In this document: piece by piece, positions 1 to 10,963 of the stretch
How the letters are laid out: each line of letters begins with the position of its first letter
Position numbering within the stretch: position 1 is the first letter of the stretch
From: Monocercomonoides exilis PA203
Taxonomy: Eukaryota > Protista > Preaxostyla
Direction of reading: 5' to 3'
Length of the DNA stretch: 64,000 nt
NCBI GenBank assembly: GCA_001643675.2
Contig: LSRY02000015.1
Location: 62,001 to 126,000, forward strand
Position numbers and translations under genes: made by a program
The notes under the pieces: model-generated
Database searches by the model: none
Seen by the model: only the letters and a program-made list of their open reading frames with translations
Told to the model about the DNA's origin: nothing

Positions 1-3000
1 CAATGAAAGAATCAGTGGATGATGGGTTTTTGACATCCCCAAAAAGAATGCTCACTCTCACCTCTGCCTCTTCTCCTGCCTCTGTTATCATTTCATTTGG
101 CAGTCTCCCTTCAACTTCTGTCTCCGACACAAATCCACTCTCATCAAACTCATATTTCTCTATCTGCTTTTCTTCTCCAATCTGTTTCACAACCATGAAC
201 GACAAGTTGCAAGGGAGAAGCAGCTTCCCTTTGAACACAACCTCCACTTCTTCTCCTTTCTCCCTTGTTTCAACACCCTCTAACGCTGGAATGAAAAATG
301 ATGATGCTCTTTCAGAAACAATCCCTTCAAACAGACATCCATTATTCAACATCCAAAGTGATGTATTTTTCTCTTGACCATCTCCACCTTTCAAACTGAA
401 AATGGTCAATGAAGCAGAATCAGAGCAGATGATGTTTCTTCTCAATGATGGACATTTTGTAATTGAAGGATTGTTGTTGCTGAAGTTTCCTGCTTCAATC
501 TTCACATTCCCACTCGATATGGAAACTCCACCTGATGAAGCATTCAAAATTGTCACATCCTTCATCATCAGTGAAGAGTTGGCAGAATGAACAAGTGATC
601 CACTCCATTCACATATCTCATCAAATGCATTATTTCTTTCACTCTCACTTTCTTTTAAGATCAGCCCTTCAAATTCACACATGTGCATGGAAACATCCTT
701 CGTATTGTTCATCTCCATCATGCTTCCTTTGCTTGACAGAGAATAACAGTTTGAACAGGAACAATTTGAAAGAGAAATTTGAACAGAAGTTGAAGAAGCG
801 GAAAGAACAGAAGCCCCTTCTGAATTCCTCGAGCAGTTCTTGAATGAGGAGCTTCCAACCGAAACACTTCCCGAAGCTGAACTGCCAACCGAAATGATGC
901 AACCTTCAGATAACTTCACTTCATCAGCATCAATTCCATTCAGCACAACACTTCCACATTGTCCAATCTCAACAACATTTCTTGTTGATTCAATCTGTTC
1001 CAGCTTCATATTTGTCAACGAAATCTCTTCCCCACAAAACTGAAAGAATGGCTTCTTGAATGAAAGCATTGACACTGAGCAGTTGTCAACATGAACAATC
1101 CCCTTTGCAATGCTCAGCAAGGTTGAGTTGAGAGCAACAGAAGGTTGATTGATATTTGACTCTCCAGCAGATGAGAAGTCAACAAATGAAAGAGAAAGCT
1201 GCCCACTTGCTTCATGGATAATAGAGCTGCCTGAATAAGAAAACGATTGATCAAAGTTGAATTTCAATCTCTCAATCCGAACATTCTCTGATGTACTGAT
1301 GAGACTGCCATCATTGATATTTATTGTTGAGTTCAGATGCACCAAAGCAGTTGAGGGAGATTCAAGTGAGCGGATGATCACATCATGCACATCACATTCC
1401 CCATTGACGATCGTTTGTTCCGAGATCAACAGCTGCGAATAACGTGAAGGAATGATGTGTTGAACTCCAACATTCAATGAGTGGCATGGTGTGCTGAACT
1501 CTCCACATCGCTTGTTATCTTCGTGATTATCTGAAACTGAAGATACAAATATCGTCTCGCTCTGGTATTTCACAACCCTCAGCAGCAGATCCTCTTCTCC
1601 CTCAAACGAGTCTGTTGAACAGCCCCACATCGCCAGCTCCTTCACAAAAGGTGCTCTGAAATCCAGCAAGAATTGCTCATCAACTATCTGTGTTTCGATT
1701 GAGTGGCATCGAACATACACATCTCTCCCTCTCAATGCAGAGTTATCTTTGAACGTGATATTCGACAGCACAAAGTCCAGGGGCTGCTCAACCACCGAGG
1801 TGCATTCCAGAAACAGCCACCCGCCTCTTCCTGTTGTGGAACAGAAGCACTCAGAAATCGTGCAAAATGAGCAGTCAAACTTTCCTCCCTCATTCAGCAC
1901 ACAAAACATCCCTCCTCCCTTTCCACACCTCGTTCCACCACACTTCTTCATCGTTGTGTTTCGAATCACAATTTTCAATGGATCATCATCGTTGCCATTT
2001 CTGATGATGGGAATATCATCTGTTGTATTTTTAGTGACTTCTTCCAATGAACTCCACTCAATGATAACATCTTGTTCAACTTCATTTTTTTCTCTCCCTG
2101 AACTCTTTGATATCCTCAATCCGCTTGCTCCTTCAAGCTCAACATTCTTCATCGTCAAGTTCTTAATGTTCAGAATCGTTGAAGATAACACAGAAATAAC
2201 ATCTTTTGAAAAACAAAGTGATTGCATCGACACAAGTTCCAATACAACCGTCCCTCCTTCTGCTTTGATCAATCCAAAGTTGATCGTTCCTTTTCCACTT
2301 TCTTCATTTTTTGAGAATGAACAGTCTTTCAGAGTCAACAATCCTTCACTTGATCCAACATGCATCAAATAATTGACTCCACTTGTGAAGGATGATGGAA
2401 TCACAAACTTCATCAGCTCGAAACTGGTAATTCCAGAAATCATCATTGCTGCTCCTTCTGCTCCTTCAAGAGATGAGAGACATTCCAAAGAACACGTGTC
2501 TGCATTGTTTGAGCATATTGAAAACCCACTCATATCAACACTCTTCTGAAGAATCCCCTTCCCAATAACGCTGATTATCCTTTCATTTCCCTCAGGCAAT
2601 CGATTCAACGAATAATCGATTGATAAACAAGGATAATCTGAGAACCCGCAAGTGCAAACATCTTTTCCATCATCTCTGATAAATATCTCTGATCCAAGTG
2701 TGCGCCAGAAATAGACAAGTGGAATAGCATTCGTTGTATCATTCCCATCAAACCCTCTCATCGAATCCAAGGAAATATCATCAAGATGCTCAGACACAAA
2801 TGGAAGAGAGGTGATTGTGATGCTCTTCGTCAAGTTGGATGACTTAACAAACAGATCATTTCCATATTTCGCAACATTTGGCTCTTCTGAATCAAAAACA
2901 GGAGATGATATCACAAATGAAGAATAATCATCGATCAACTTCAATGCCATCCCTCCACCAAAGCCAGTTTTTCCTTCTTCATCTGGTGCTGTGCATCCTG

Positions 3001-6000
3001 TAAACGTGCATGAAATAATATTCATTTGAATATTCCCTTTCAACTGAGCAAAAACAGCACCTCCTCTGCTTCCATCAGCCAGTACTGAGCATTCATCAAA
3101 AAGGCATTCTTCAATATTTATTCGTGTGCTAGTATTTTCATCTTTGATGTTGTCAATGCTCATACAGCTTCCACTTCCTGTTCTTCTTTCTATTTCTGAG
3201 AAATTGCTTTTGGTCATATTCAACCATTTTGTGTTCATTAACTCTGTGTTTGATCCACTTCCAGTCAACGAGATCAGCGGATTTCTCCTCAAATCAATTG
3301 ATGATGCTGAGAATGAATCAACGGACAAGGTGCCAGATTCGACAGATAAGAATAGATATGCTAATTCCGATGAATGGTCTTGAAGGAAAATGGAGCAATG
3401 AGACATCATCAGTTGTGAAGATGAAGAAATGAAAGTGGAGTGTGATGAAAGAGAAGGAGGAAGAGAGAAGATGAGCTTTGACAATTCTGTTTCAACACTT
3501 GCTGTTATCATAGCTGAATTGGATGTTTCACTTGCATCAGAGACTGTCCAGCCACTTTGATCACTATTTCCTCTGATTTCATGTTTTTGTTCAGAAAATG
3601 CCAACTCATCACTCATCATAATCATTCCACTCACAGTCACTTTCTTTGTTCCTATTTGACGTTTGATGGAGTGCTTCAAGGTCAAGCAAGGGAATTGGAC
3701 AATTCCACAATGTGAATGATCATATGCCTCGAAATTTCTCACAAATATTTCTTCTGGAGTGGGAAGGAGATAAATGCACAGAGGGATTGCCAAACTCGTG
3801 TTTCCATTGTCATATCCTCGAACTTTATCAAAAGAATCCAATGATGCTGTCAGGCATGTTATCTTACCACTTTTTGCTGTTGATTCCAAATTGATCGATT
3901 CCACAAAAATGTCACTTCCCCACTTGGCTGTGTTTGTGCTAAAGGAAGAAGAAATCAGGAAATTTGGATTTTCCTTTATCAATCGAAGAAGAATTCCTCC
4001 TCCAAGACCATTGGAAGAAGAACAAAAGCACTCATCGAAAGATCCACCTTCCACTTTCACTTCATTTGCTTCTCCCACACACAGCATCATCGATCCTCCA
4101 TTTTCTGAACTTGTGCTTCCACAACCTTCAAAGGTGCAAGAATCCAGATCAATGTTTGCCTTGTCGTTGGAAAACGACATCACAGCTGCTCCATTCGTTG
4201 TTCTTTCTATCCCATTAAATGTGCACCCTAAAAATGTCAATGAAATCTCATTTGTCGAAGAAAGCGAAATCAGCGAAGTTGTTGAGATGGTCTTTGCCCA
4301 GTTCACATTTTCCATTTGAAATATTCCTCCCTGAACATTTATCAGCTCTGTGATGAATGCTGTTTCTGTTGAGTGTCCGCTTCCAACAGATATGTTCAGT
4401 CTGCTAACATGCATCTTTCCAGTTCCAGTGATCTCAAACAGCCTTGAGGCTCGGTTATTTTCATATGCTGAGTCATGCACAAGGGCAAGATCATTGACAG
4501 TCAATGTTCCTGTCGAGACTGAAAAAAGAGACAACCCAGCTGCTTCCAATTCTATCTGAACAATTGTCGTTGAATCACTTTGACCATATATTGTGAAAGT
4601 GTTTGTTCCACAGTCCACACCCTTCGTCTCTGTAATCGTTTCCGAAAATACTTCAACATTGGTGACAAAGCCTGGAATCAGTTGTGTTAAACAATGGCTA
4701 ATGGTGTTGCAAGGATAGCTTTTATCCAGCCCACAGGCATATGTATCTTTGGCGTTTGGTTGTGTTTGTGTTGATGAGACAAACCTCACTTTTCCAAAAT
4801 CGTTTCGAAGCCATTCACTTCTATCAATGATTTTTGAATAATCCAAGCTGACTCTGTTTGGCGTTTGCCTGGTGGAATAACAACTTGAATCAATATTGTT
4901 TGCCACTGAATCATGAAGAGCAATATCGTTTCCGCCTTTTACGCATGTATTATTATGGAAGAAACAATAGAAAAACAAAATTCCGTTATTATTCTCATTT
5001 ATCCTCTGACAAACTGCACCTCCTCCACACATGGAATAACAATTACGAAACAAACAATTTGATATAACAACCTTGTCAATGCAGTCCCAATGCTCAACAG
5101 CACCTCCACCAGATGAGGTTGTGTGATTCACTTTACAGTTTATAAAGAATGAATTAATAATGCATTGCTTCTGTTTTTTTGTCATCGTTGGGCGAAAATC
5201 AATTGCCCCTCCATCGTTCCCAGACGAACAATTAGAAAATAAACAATTATCAACCATTGGTTGAAAGTTAATATTCTCGATCATTATTCCTCCACCACCA
5301 CAGTCTGTATTTATTGCAGCACATGAACATTGAACAAACACAGAATGAAGGACAATGCATTCTGCAACATTCAAAGCATATATTCCACCACCTCTCGTTG
5401 AAGTGGCATTGCATCTTGTAAATGACGAATTTTCAACTCTCAGAATGGCATTTTCATTGTCATGCACATAAAGAGCACCTCCTTGTGGTGCTGTGCAATC
5501 AGTCCATTCACACAACGAAAATGATTGACTCTCTGTTGTATTCATCTGTCCTTTTTTCTCAAGAGCATTCATTTCTCTTTTCCCGAAGCTTATTGATGTG
5601 TTTCTGCAGATAAATTCCTCTGACGAAAATGATCCACTTGAGATCCCTCCTTCAAATACATTCACACACGAATAAATGAGGCAGTTCTCCATTGAACTCA
5701 ACAAGCATGAATGGTCCATCTGACAATCACTTTTCTTATCAGATTTCACAGACATGTTCCTGAAGGCACAATCATGAATCTGTTCACTTTTGCACATTCC
5801 AGACAACAGGAAACATTCTGAAGAGGAAACAGCCAGATCTGTCGTGATAAAATTTCTCAAAATGGCAATATTTGAATCATCAGATGAAAAAACGAGACTT
5901 CCAAAACAAAGACTGATTTGAGGGATCAAAGTCAAATTCACAATGTTGATTGACCCACTTTGCAAAAGAAAAGGAGTTGTTGATTTTTGGTGGGAAACAC

Positions 6001-6370
6001 ACGATTCCATCACAACAGTTGACTTGTCTGCTATTTGCACACATGATGGAGAAGAAAATTCAAATGCTAAAATTTTCATTCCAACTGAAGAATTGGAGAA
6101 TCCCAAAAATACATTAATCACTGATAATGTTCCTGACTTCCACTTTTTCACTACCGATGCATTTCTCTGTTCAAATGAATAACTGTCATCCGCCTTTGAT
6201 GAAAATCGAGCATCATTTGCATTGTCTTGGCCTGAGAAAGCATGGTTATAAGAAAAATGAACTTTTGAGAGAAAACCTTCACTTTTCCATGTGGAACTTC
6301 CAGAAATGCCTTGGATTTCAGACATGTTTGCAAGGAGCATGCACTCCAAAAACCACAAGTGCACATTCAT
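1..6370 (-). CDS. Giant intronless surface protein with GGA/FxxN beta-helix-type modules, 3'-partial (runs off the window); paralog of 10964..20953
   Basis: Absent from the ORF track because the frame has no stop inside the window. ATG at 6370 (MNVHLWFLECMLLANMSEIQ...) follows an in-frame TAA. The same frame reads RVSILFGDVKNPSSTDSFI at the left edge (~2120 codons). It shares SLKGGDGxxxNxSLW...EGIxxERxSxFFIP with the 3345-aa ORF. Four CG-x4/5-C caps: CGLDKSYPC, CGIVQFPC, CGFSDYPC, CGEFSTPC. Confidence 0.85.
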   Translation of the reverse strand, partial: MNVHLWFLECMLLANMSEIQGISGSSTWKSEGFLSKVHFSYNHAFSGQDNANDARFSSKADDSYSFEQRNASVVKKWKSGTLSVINVFLGFSNSSVGMKILAFEFSSPSCVQIADKSTVVMESCVSHQKSTTPFLLQSGSINIVNLTLIPQISLCFGSLVFSSDDSNIAILRNFITTDLAVSSSECFLLSGMCKSEQIHDCAFRNMSVKSDKKSDCQMDHSCLLSSMENCLIYSCVNVFEGGISSGSFSSEEFICRNTSISFGKREMNALEKKGQMNTTESQSFSLCEWTDCTAPQGGALYVHDNENAILRVENSSFTRCNATSTRGGGIYALNVAECIVLHSVFVQCSCAAINTDCGGGGIMIENINFQPMVDNCLFSNCSSGNDGGAIDFRPTMTKKQKQCIINSFFINCKVNHTTSSGGGAVEHWDCIDKVVISNCLFRNCYSMCGGGAVCQRINENNNGILFFYCFFHNNTCVKGGNDIALHDSVANNIDSSCYSTRQTPNRVSLDYSKIIDRSEWLRNDFGKVRFVSSTQTQPNAKDTYACGLDKSYPCNTISHCLTQLIPGFVTNVEVFSETITETKGVDCGTNTFTIYGQSDSTTIVQIELEAAGLSLFSVSTGTLTVNDLALVHDSAYENNRASRLFEITGTGKMHVSRLNISVGSGHSTETAFITELINVQGGIFQMENVNWAKTISTTSLISLSSTNEISLTFLGCTFNGIERTTNGAAVMSFSNDKANIDLDSCTFEGCGSTSSENGGSMMLCVGEANEVKVEGGSFDECFCSSSNGLGGGILLRLIKENPNFLISSSFSTNTAKWGSDIFVESINLESTAKSGKITCLTASLDSFDKVRGYDNGNTSLAIPLCIYLLPTPEEIFVRNFEAYDHSHCGIVQFPCLTLKHSIKRQIGTKKVTVSGMIMMSDELAFSEQKHEIRGNSDQSGWTVSDASETSNSAMITASVETELSKLIFSLPPSLSSHSTFISSSSQLMMSHCSIFLQDHSSELAYLFLSVESGTLSVDSFSASSIDLRRNPLISLTGSGSNTELMNTKWLNMTKSNFSEIERRTGSGSCMSIDNIKDENTSTRINIEECLFDECSVLADGSRGGAVFAQLKGNIQMNIISCTFTGCTAPDEEGKTGFGGGMALKLIDDYSSFVISSPVFDSEEPNVAKYGNDLFVKSSNLTKSITITSLPFVSEHLDDISLDSMRGFDGNDTTNAIPLVYFWRTLGSEIFIRDDGKDVCTCGFSDYPCLSIDYSLNRLPEGNERIISVIGKGILQKSVDMSGFSICSNNADTCSLECLSSLEGAEGAAMMISGITSFELMKFVIPSSFTSGVNYLMHVGSSEGLLTLKDCSFSKNEESGKGTINFGLIKAEGGTVVLELVSMQSLCFSKDVISVLSSTILNIKNLTMKNVELEGASGLRISKSSGREKNEVEQDVIIEWSSLEEVTKNTTDDIPIIRNGNDDDPLKIVIRNTTMKKCGGTRCGKGGGMFCVLNEGGKFDCSFCTISECFCSTTGRGGWLFLECTSVVEQPLDFVLSNITFKDNSALRGRDVYVRCHSIETQIVDEQFLLDFRAPFVKELAMWGCSTDSFEGEEDLLLRVVKYQSETIFVSSVSDNHEDNKRCGEFSTPCHSLNVGVQHIIPSRYSQLLISEQTIVNGECDVHDVIIRSLESPSTALVHLNSTININDGSLISTSENVRIERLKFNFDQSFSYSGSSIIHEASGQLSLSFVDFSSAGESNINQPSVALNSTLLSIAKGIVHVDNCSVSMLSFKKPFFQFCGEEISLTNMKLEQIESTRNVVEIGQCGSVVLNGIDADEVKLSEGCIISVGSSASGSVSVGSSSFKNCSRNSEGASVLSASSTSVQISLSNCSCSNCYSLSSKGSMMEMNNTKDVSMHMCEFEGLILKESESERNNAFDEICEWSGSLVHSANSSLMMKDVTILNASSGGVSISSGNVKIEAGNFSNNNPSITKCPSLRRNIICSDSASLTIFSLKGGDGQEKNTSLWMLNNGCLFEGIVSERASSFFIPALEGVETREKGEEVEVVFKGKLLLPCNLSFMVVKQIGEEKQIEKYEFDESGFVSETEVEGRLPNEMITEAGEEAEVRVSILFGDVKNPSSTDSFI

Positions 6371-9300
6371 TTCGATGAGCAAACACGATTTTGATAATGA
6401 ATGAAATTATTTTTTGAAGGATCAAAATGGCCATAATTGGATGTTTCAAATTCCTGATTGAAAAGAAAATAAACATTTGTCATTTCATTTCTATAATAAT
6501 TCACAAAATATCTGATGCAGCCTTGGAATAATGCTGTTTCTTCACATATTCCGCTTTATGATCAGCATCTGGCAATATCTGAAACAAGATAATTAAAAAA
6601 TATAATTGACATAAAATCAGAAGTTGAAAGAGAAAAGCATAAGTCCAATTGAAGCACTGAATGAGGATACCATTTAATCTCATTGAATCAAAGCCAAGGA
6701 CAAATTGAAAAAAGAAAAAAGTTTTCATTAAAGTCCCACAAATCTGGCTAATGAATTAAAAATATTGTAATACAATATTAATCATCTCTTGATTCATTCA
6801 AATGATGAGACTTTCTTTGCACCCTGCCCTGCTCTTCCCCGAAGACAAAAGATAGAAATCCTTGTGCAATATATTATTTTTTTGGTTGAATGAAGGCACA
6901 TCAAAAAATCCCTTTCTTCCTCTCTTCCATTCCATAATTTCCTCTTCTTCTCTCTCTCTCTCTTCTTACCCGACAGCTCCAATCTTCTCTCTGATATCTT
7001 CTTTGTTGTTTATTTTTTCTTATTTGTTTCTGCTTTTCCTCATTCTGCACAAGCATCTTGGATGAATTGAACTTTGTTTCATCTGCAATATTCTCCTTGT
7101 CAACCATCAAACACAAATTCTGCCCTTTTCAGCAGAAATCTGCTTGAGGCTTCTTTGTCAGCAGTAGCATCAGATCCAGTGGCATTTCATCTGCCTCTCC
7201 TAATTTCCTCTTTGTTTCCTCATTCTGTCATCTCATTTCAAATCTGCTCCTTGTGTTTCCACATTGTGGACTTTGCACATTGCTTTCCTGCCATCTTCAG
7301 CCCAGCCATCCAAAAATAACCATATTTCCTTTTTCTCTTCTCTCACAATCATTATCATCTTCTTCTTTATTTTCCTCATCCCCTTTTTTTCTCATTAATT
7401 TATCTTTGTGAACGAACAACATTTCTTTTCAGAAACGCTCAGCTCCTTTCCCCAGCAAACTGACTCTTTTGCAAAGTCTTCTGTTTCGATTGAGAGGATA
7501 TGGAATGCAGGCCTTCTCAGCTGATATGCCAAAAGCACTTCAAAAAACAAAAGACAACAAACAAAAAAAGATAAAATTGAATGTGTTGAAATCAAAATCA
7601 AAAATCATTGATGAATAAAAAAATATTTCTTTTTTTCCAGCCAATTTCATTTATTTTCTGTTTTCTTCAAAAAAACAACAACAAATAAGAAATACACAGC
7701 CAAAGCACACCTTCAGTTTTCTGATCTTCGCTAGTCGGGATCCTCATTGAAAAATATCTAATTGTGCCATCTTTTCTTGTTTTATTGAGGAGAGTTGAAG
7801 TTCGTTTTCAGCTGTGTGCAAAACGATGCATCCGCTTCTTTCCTCTTCCACTTTGAACCCTTCACTCAATCTTTCCGTTCTTCATGCTTCTTCTTCTTCT
7901 TCTTCATTCTCTTCTCAAGAAAACCTCAGATCTCGATGATTCCACTCGATTTTCAAACAGGCAGTTTTTATTCAAAAAAAGTCAGGTCGATTCACAATGA
8001 GAACAGAAACATCACATGAAAAACACATCGACTGGCATTGAATCGAAAACTGGCTTTCAAAGCATTCAAAGATGATGGTTGAATATTTTTTTGTTGACCT
8101 TGCTTCATGAGGTGAGTGAGGTACATTTTCAGCTGGAGCTCAAAGCAAGCCAAAGACATGGAAGTTATTCACAATGGACTTGGTTGCATAGCATGGGGCC
8201 TGTTGTGTTTTGATGAAAACACAGACATCTGCTCCGCTCTTGGCAATCGTTTTATTTGGAATGGTCAAAGTGAGCTGGCTGATGATCACTTCATTTCATC
8301 TTCTGTTCATCTGAGTGGCTGTGCAATACTGGCTGAAATGAACAGCCATGCAAAAATTCAAGTTTTTGAACAATATTGAAAAACAAAAGAAATGTTTGCA
8401 CAAACAGATTCAGTTCCTTTTCTTGATGACCGAATGATTTTTTTATCCAGAAAGGAACAAATGCTCATATCTTGAGGATGTTTCATGGAGAGTGAAAATC
8501 AAACCCCTTGCTCATTTCTGGGTGGAGAGGAATGAAAGCATCAATGCGAAAAAGTGGGGGGAAAATGCATTTTCTAATCTCTATTTTCTGGAAACTTCTA
8601 AGTTTGAATCCAATTTGATTCTGAAAATTCAAATCCACATATGCCATGTGTCTGACCTTGTCGAAATCTCTTCGCTGTTCTCGACCAAGAATTTTTCAAA
8701 CATGATTTATTGTTGTCTTCAAAAAAAATCTTGCTTCAGAGGATGAGCATAAATGTGTAAATACAAATGTGGTTTCAACGCTTCCTTGTTCACAAAATAG
8801 TGAAACATCTATTTGGTCACCTTTCACCTTTTTCAAGAGCATTCAAACGGATTTTTGTTTCATTTGGTTCTTTTATTTTTTCATTCTTTGATGAAAGCCT
8901 GAATATCAGCCATACTGGATTGAGCGATTGAACGAAAACAACCGATTGAGCAATGTGATGAAGAAGTTTTAGTTGCTTATCAAAAAAAAAAACATATTGA
9001 GAAACCTTCTGCACTTTATCTGCCATTGCTTTGCGGATTGTCAGTTTGAAGTCATTTCTCTCTGACTGTTTTTTTGGCATATGTTGTTTTTTTCCCATTT
9101 TGTTTGAAGAATTGAAATTGTCTGATTTTCCCCAAAATTCTGCTGCAAAGTCAAAGTCATTTGAGTTTATTTCCCATCTGAATAAATTTGAGAGTATTGA
9201 ATGATGACTGCATAGGAGTTCTTTTCATCTCGAGTGTTTTCGAGATTTGCGCATTTGAATGTTTCACATGAAAGGAGCATATGTGGGTTGCACAATGTGT

Positions 9301-10963
9301 GCATATATTTTTCATGATATTTTTTGGAGATTGATATTTTGATGTTTTAATGAATATTGAATTTTTTTTTTGTGAAATAACTACATTCAGGGAGATTGCA
9401 AGCAGGCTTCTGGAAGAAATTTCGTGATAATTTTTGGGGGTGGGAAAACTTAGCTGGGTTTTGCAAAGCATCATTAATGAAGTTTCAATTTTGACGATTC
9501 AGCTCATCATTGACTGAATTTTTGATAAACTCAGAAAATGAGTATGAAGCTGATTCGGGCTTGTTTCCAAAGCAGTTGGCAGCGCCATCGACTTTTTCAG
9601 CTATTTGTGTTTCAGCTGGAGCGAGCATTCTTCATTGAACTTTCAGTGTTGAATTTTCCAGTCACAGTTGAAGAAATACAATGCAATTTCATTGTCTGGC
9701 AAGTTGGCAGCAGCCATTGCAGAGTTCCGAGTGACTGAAGAAACCCACGTGACATTCATTGTCTCTGCGAACAATTCTTCAGCAAACGTTGCCAATTCCA
9801 ATTGTTTGCACCTCTTTCTGCACATTCGCATTTTATCAGAAAGATATTTATCCCAGTTCGTTCATTCGCTGCTGTCAATGACTGTTCTTTGCGAATTATC
9901 CCAAGCAAGTTTAAAAGCTGAAACGAAAGGGCAGCATCAAGGAAATGAATGAAAGCGGTGAGAAATTGGATTTGAAGAACAGGAAGAGAAGATATTTGAG
10001 AAATCGCAACTTTTTTGTTGAAGAAGCTGTGATGTGCTGCGTCATTGCAGAAGGGGGAGAACAATGGAGGGAAAACCCAAAATAACCTGGAAGCATTGCA
10101 GATGCAGTTATTCAGAAAGCCAGAAAATCAGTGAGCAGTTGCAATTAACAGAAAGGCTGTTGCAGTTTGGGTGAAGAAAATGAGTGAAAGGCAACAATTA
10201 CTTGCATTTCAAAGGATTTTTTTTATTGAATGAGAGTCTGCCTTGTGAAGAATTGAAGGGAATGTTTTTTCTGTGTGAAGATCTTTCCAACATTGCATCT
10301 TTTGATGATTGCAAGAAAATAGCAATTTCTTCAACGCAAGCATGTGGCTTTTGTTCTCGATTGAATGATGGTCAGTTGAACTCAAAAAGAAAGATTCTTC
10401 TTCGCTTCATTCACATTTAACACACAAACCCTCTTTTCATTCCCTTTCTTCTTCGCTCTTCGCAAATTCTTTGAATTTGCTCAGACTCGATGAAAGCAGA
10501 GGATGCAGCTGGAAAGACACCTTCACCACAACAAGGGGCAAGAAAGGGATGCAGAAAACAGTTGCTGAAGGAAAGAGTATTTTTATGTTTTTGACAATGA
10601 GAAGATAATTCATTTGAAAATAACTTTTGTTGAATAAAACAAAAAAATCTGAATGGTTTGAACAATTTTTCTTATAATTCATTAGTTGTTTTTAATGAAA
10701 GTGGAAAATCAATAATAAAAATAGTCATTTGATTTGTTCCAAATACTGGAATGGAAAAAAAGGAATTTTCTTTTAAAAAAAATTTTATCTGATAATATTC
10801 ATTTCTTTCAATACACAGAATTGAAAAGAATAAAAAGCATATTAATAATGATGACTGTATTTTATTTTATTTTATTTTATTTTTTGATTATAAACATTTA
10901 AATTAAAAATATTTTTTGATTCAAAATTTTATTTTGTCTTCCAGAAGATTAAGTTATAGTTTT

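Noticed and set aside
3-6378. Many plus-strand ORFs of 60-207 aa
   Set aside because: They are antisense shadows of the unlisted giant minus-strand ORF.
6500-10900. Short ORFs between the two giant genes as real genes or a retroelement
   Set aside because: No RT, RNase H, integrase or recombinase motifs were recognised, and all frames are interrupted.
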